Positions 62,582-64,000 of a stretch of 64,000 nt of DNA are shown one piece after another. Both the position numbers and the translations under genes were made by a program. Position 1 is the first letter of the stretch. Each line of letters opens with the position of its first letter. Location: positions 14,033,820 through 14,097,819 of the forward strand of contig NC_092396.1 of assembly GCF_030028105.1 (NCBI RefSeq), given 5' to 3'. Origin of the DNA: Mobula birostris (taxonomy: Eukaryota). Below the pieces are notes generated by a model. The model saw only the letters and a list, made by a program, of their open reading frames with translations, ran no database searches and was not told the DNA's origin.

Positions 62582-62599
62582 TAGGTCCCTCTAGTGGCA
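62582..62599 (-). promoter_or_regulatory. Candidate CTCF motif
   Basis: Reverse complement TGCCACTAGAGGGACCTA; good core, weaker 3' end. Confidence 0.35.
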
Positions 62600-63317
62600 A
62601 TAATTGTTGCTGACATATTCCAGGTCACATGCCTTCATCTGATCTTTATTAAATTGTGCATCCGCTCAAGGGCACTTGTCAATAGTCCTATATTGTAGGT
62701 TGTCCATTTTATACCTACATCATAATTTGATCTGAAAGTCCTGTGTGATATTGAGGTAGCCCTCCATCATCAGATGTATTGTCCTTCAAATGAGAGATTA
62801 AATTCAAAGTCTTGAATATCTGTGAATATTAAAGACCGTGAGATACTCCTGGAAAAGGAACATTATCTTCTTTATATTTCAGCCATCATTCTACTTTAAC
62901 CAACACTACCCATAGAAACAGATTAATTGATTATGGATCTCATTGTTTGTGGAACCTTTGTCTGCCACAGCCATTAAAGAGAATACCCTGATAGAAAATG
63001 TTTAAAAAACACGATCAGTTCAATAAATATCTGAGAAGTATATATATATATATATATCAGTATACTGCAGTGCAGCCAACTACTAAAGCTAATTTCAGTT
63101 ACGTCTTGTTTTTCCGTCCTATACTTTTTAAATGTGTAACTGCAAAATCTAAGAGTGAAAAATGTAGATTCTAGTGTAATATAGAAATTGTCCTATTCTA
63201 TTTATACATTCTAGCCTATTGCTAGTAAGCTAGTATGTGATCATAGTGACTATGCTAAACATTATACAAAGTCTTTATTATGAAAATGATCACTGCAAAG
63301 TTACCATTTTCCCCTAA

Positions 63318-63712
63318 GGCTACGTCCACACTAGACCGGATAATTTTGAAAATGCTGGTTTCAAGTAAAAACGACAGGCATCCACACTAGGCGTTTTTCA
63401 AAATACCTCTGTCCACACTAAAACAGATATTTGGGTGAATCTACTCCGACTGGCATGCGCAGATACATCTACAGAAAACAAGCGAAGAGGAAACGGTGTA
63501 ATACGTACGTTTCCGCGGCGGCGTTGTGCTATTTCCATTGGTCAAAAACTTAGAGTACCTACAACAACAGCAAAAGAAAATTTTCAACAATGTCTTCAAG
63601 GAATACAAAGAAAACTGGGAAAATCAGACTGGACTTCTTCGTTTAGACAGACAATGAAGTCGAGCTGTTTCTGCAAGTTACAAATGACTACAAAGTCAGC
63701 AAAGCAGTGGAG
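63318..63712 (+). mobile_element. PIF/Harbinger transposon left end with a Myb/SANT-like ORF remnant
   Basis: TAA|GGCTACGTCCACACTA terminus; three TCCACACTA repeats; from ATG 63590: MSSRNTKKTGKIRLDFFV*TDNEVELFLQVTNDYK (W-T-D-x-E-V-E-L motif with W changed to a stop). Confidence 0.7.
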
Positions 63713-63789
63713 ATGTTTAATTCTGAACAAGCCATTAACGTAGACAATAAAGTAAACAACACACGCACGAAGCCGTCCTCTACCCAAGA

Positions 63790-64000
63790 TCAACAATTAC
63801 AAAATGTTAAATGGTCAACTCGACAAAGACTACCAATCCCACATCAAACCCAAACCTATTAGGAGCAGAAGGGGGCACTCAACTCAATTTGAAATACTAA
63901 CTACCAAGTCAGATGTGTACAGCAATTCATTTTCCCCCTGCACAATTAAAGCATGGAATAATCTTAATCCTAACACAGTCACACAACCAAACCCAATTAA
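63790..64000 (+). mobile_element. CR1/L2-group LINE C-terminal fragment
   Basis: YKMLNGQL...RRGHSTQF...VYSNSFFPCTIKAWNNL. Confidence 0.7.

Noticed and set aside
48100-64000. TP73 exon 4 (xQFNLL...SPY...) and DNA-binding-domain exons
   Set aside because: No matching frame found by eye or in the ORF track; presumably downstream of the window

Overview
AT-rich, repeat-dense vertebrate genomic DNA. The repeat landscape (V-SINE/HE1-like SINEs, CR1, Rex1, RTE and Penelope-like elements) suggests a cartilaginous fish, probably a ray (inference). The window holds the 5' part of TP73 on the + strand: TA exon 2 (CDS 28788-28846, MAQSSPADEGPTFEHLWSS), TA exon 3 (32146-32284) and the alternative DeltaN first exon 3' (CDS 48060-48098, MLYISDAAQHCTT). 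A p53-family response element at 47728-47747 lies upstream of exon 3'. Exon 4 onward was not found and probably lies beyond the window. A candidate P1 promoter/non-coding exon 1 lies near 3.0-3.25 kb. The rest is intronic DNA with decayed or nested mobile elements: CR1, Rex1, RTE, L1/Tx1, Penelope-like elements, a full-length dead IR/DR Tc1, Tigger-, hAT- and Tc1-type MITEs, a Harbinger fragment and SINEs. Most notable: (1) about 15 Penelope-derived terminal repeats, many carrying a minimal type I hammerhead ribozyme motif, with one apparently intact copy on the TP73 sense strand (52864-52899) and some copies arranged as TSD-flanked fold-backs; (2) an apparently deeply conserved DeltaNp73 feedback element; (3) a ~1.1 kb inverted duplication and multi-layer nested insertions. 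Repeat boundaries are approximate unless a TSD or TIR is given. Most ORFs in the supplied track are spurious or TE-derived.
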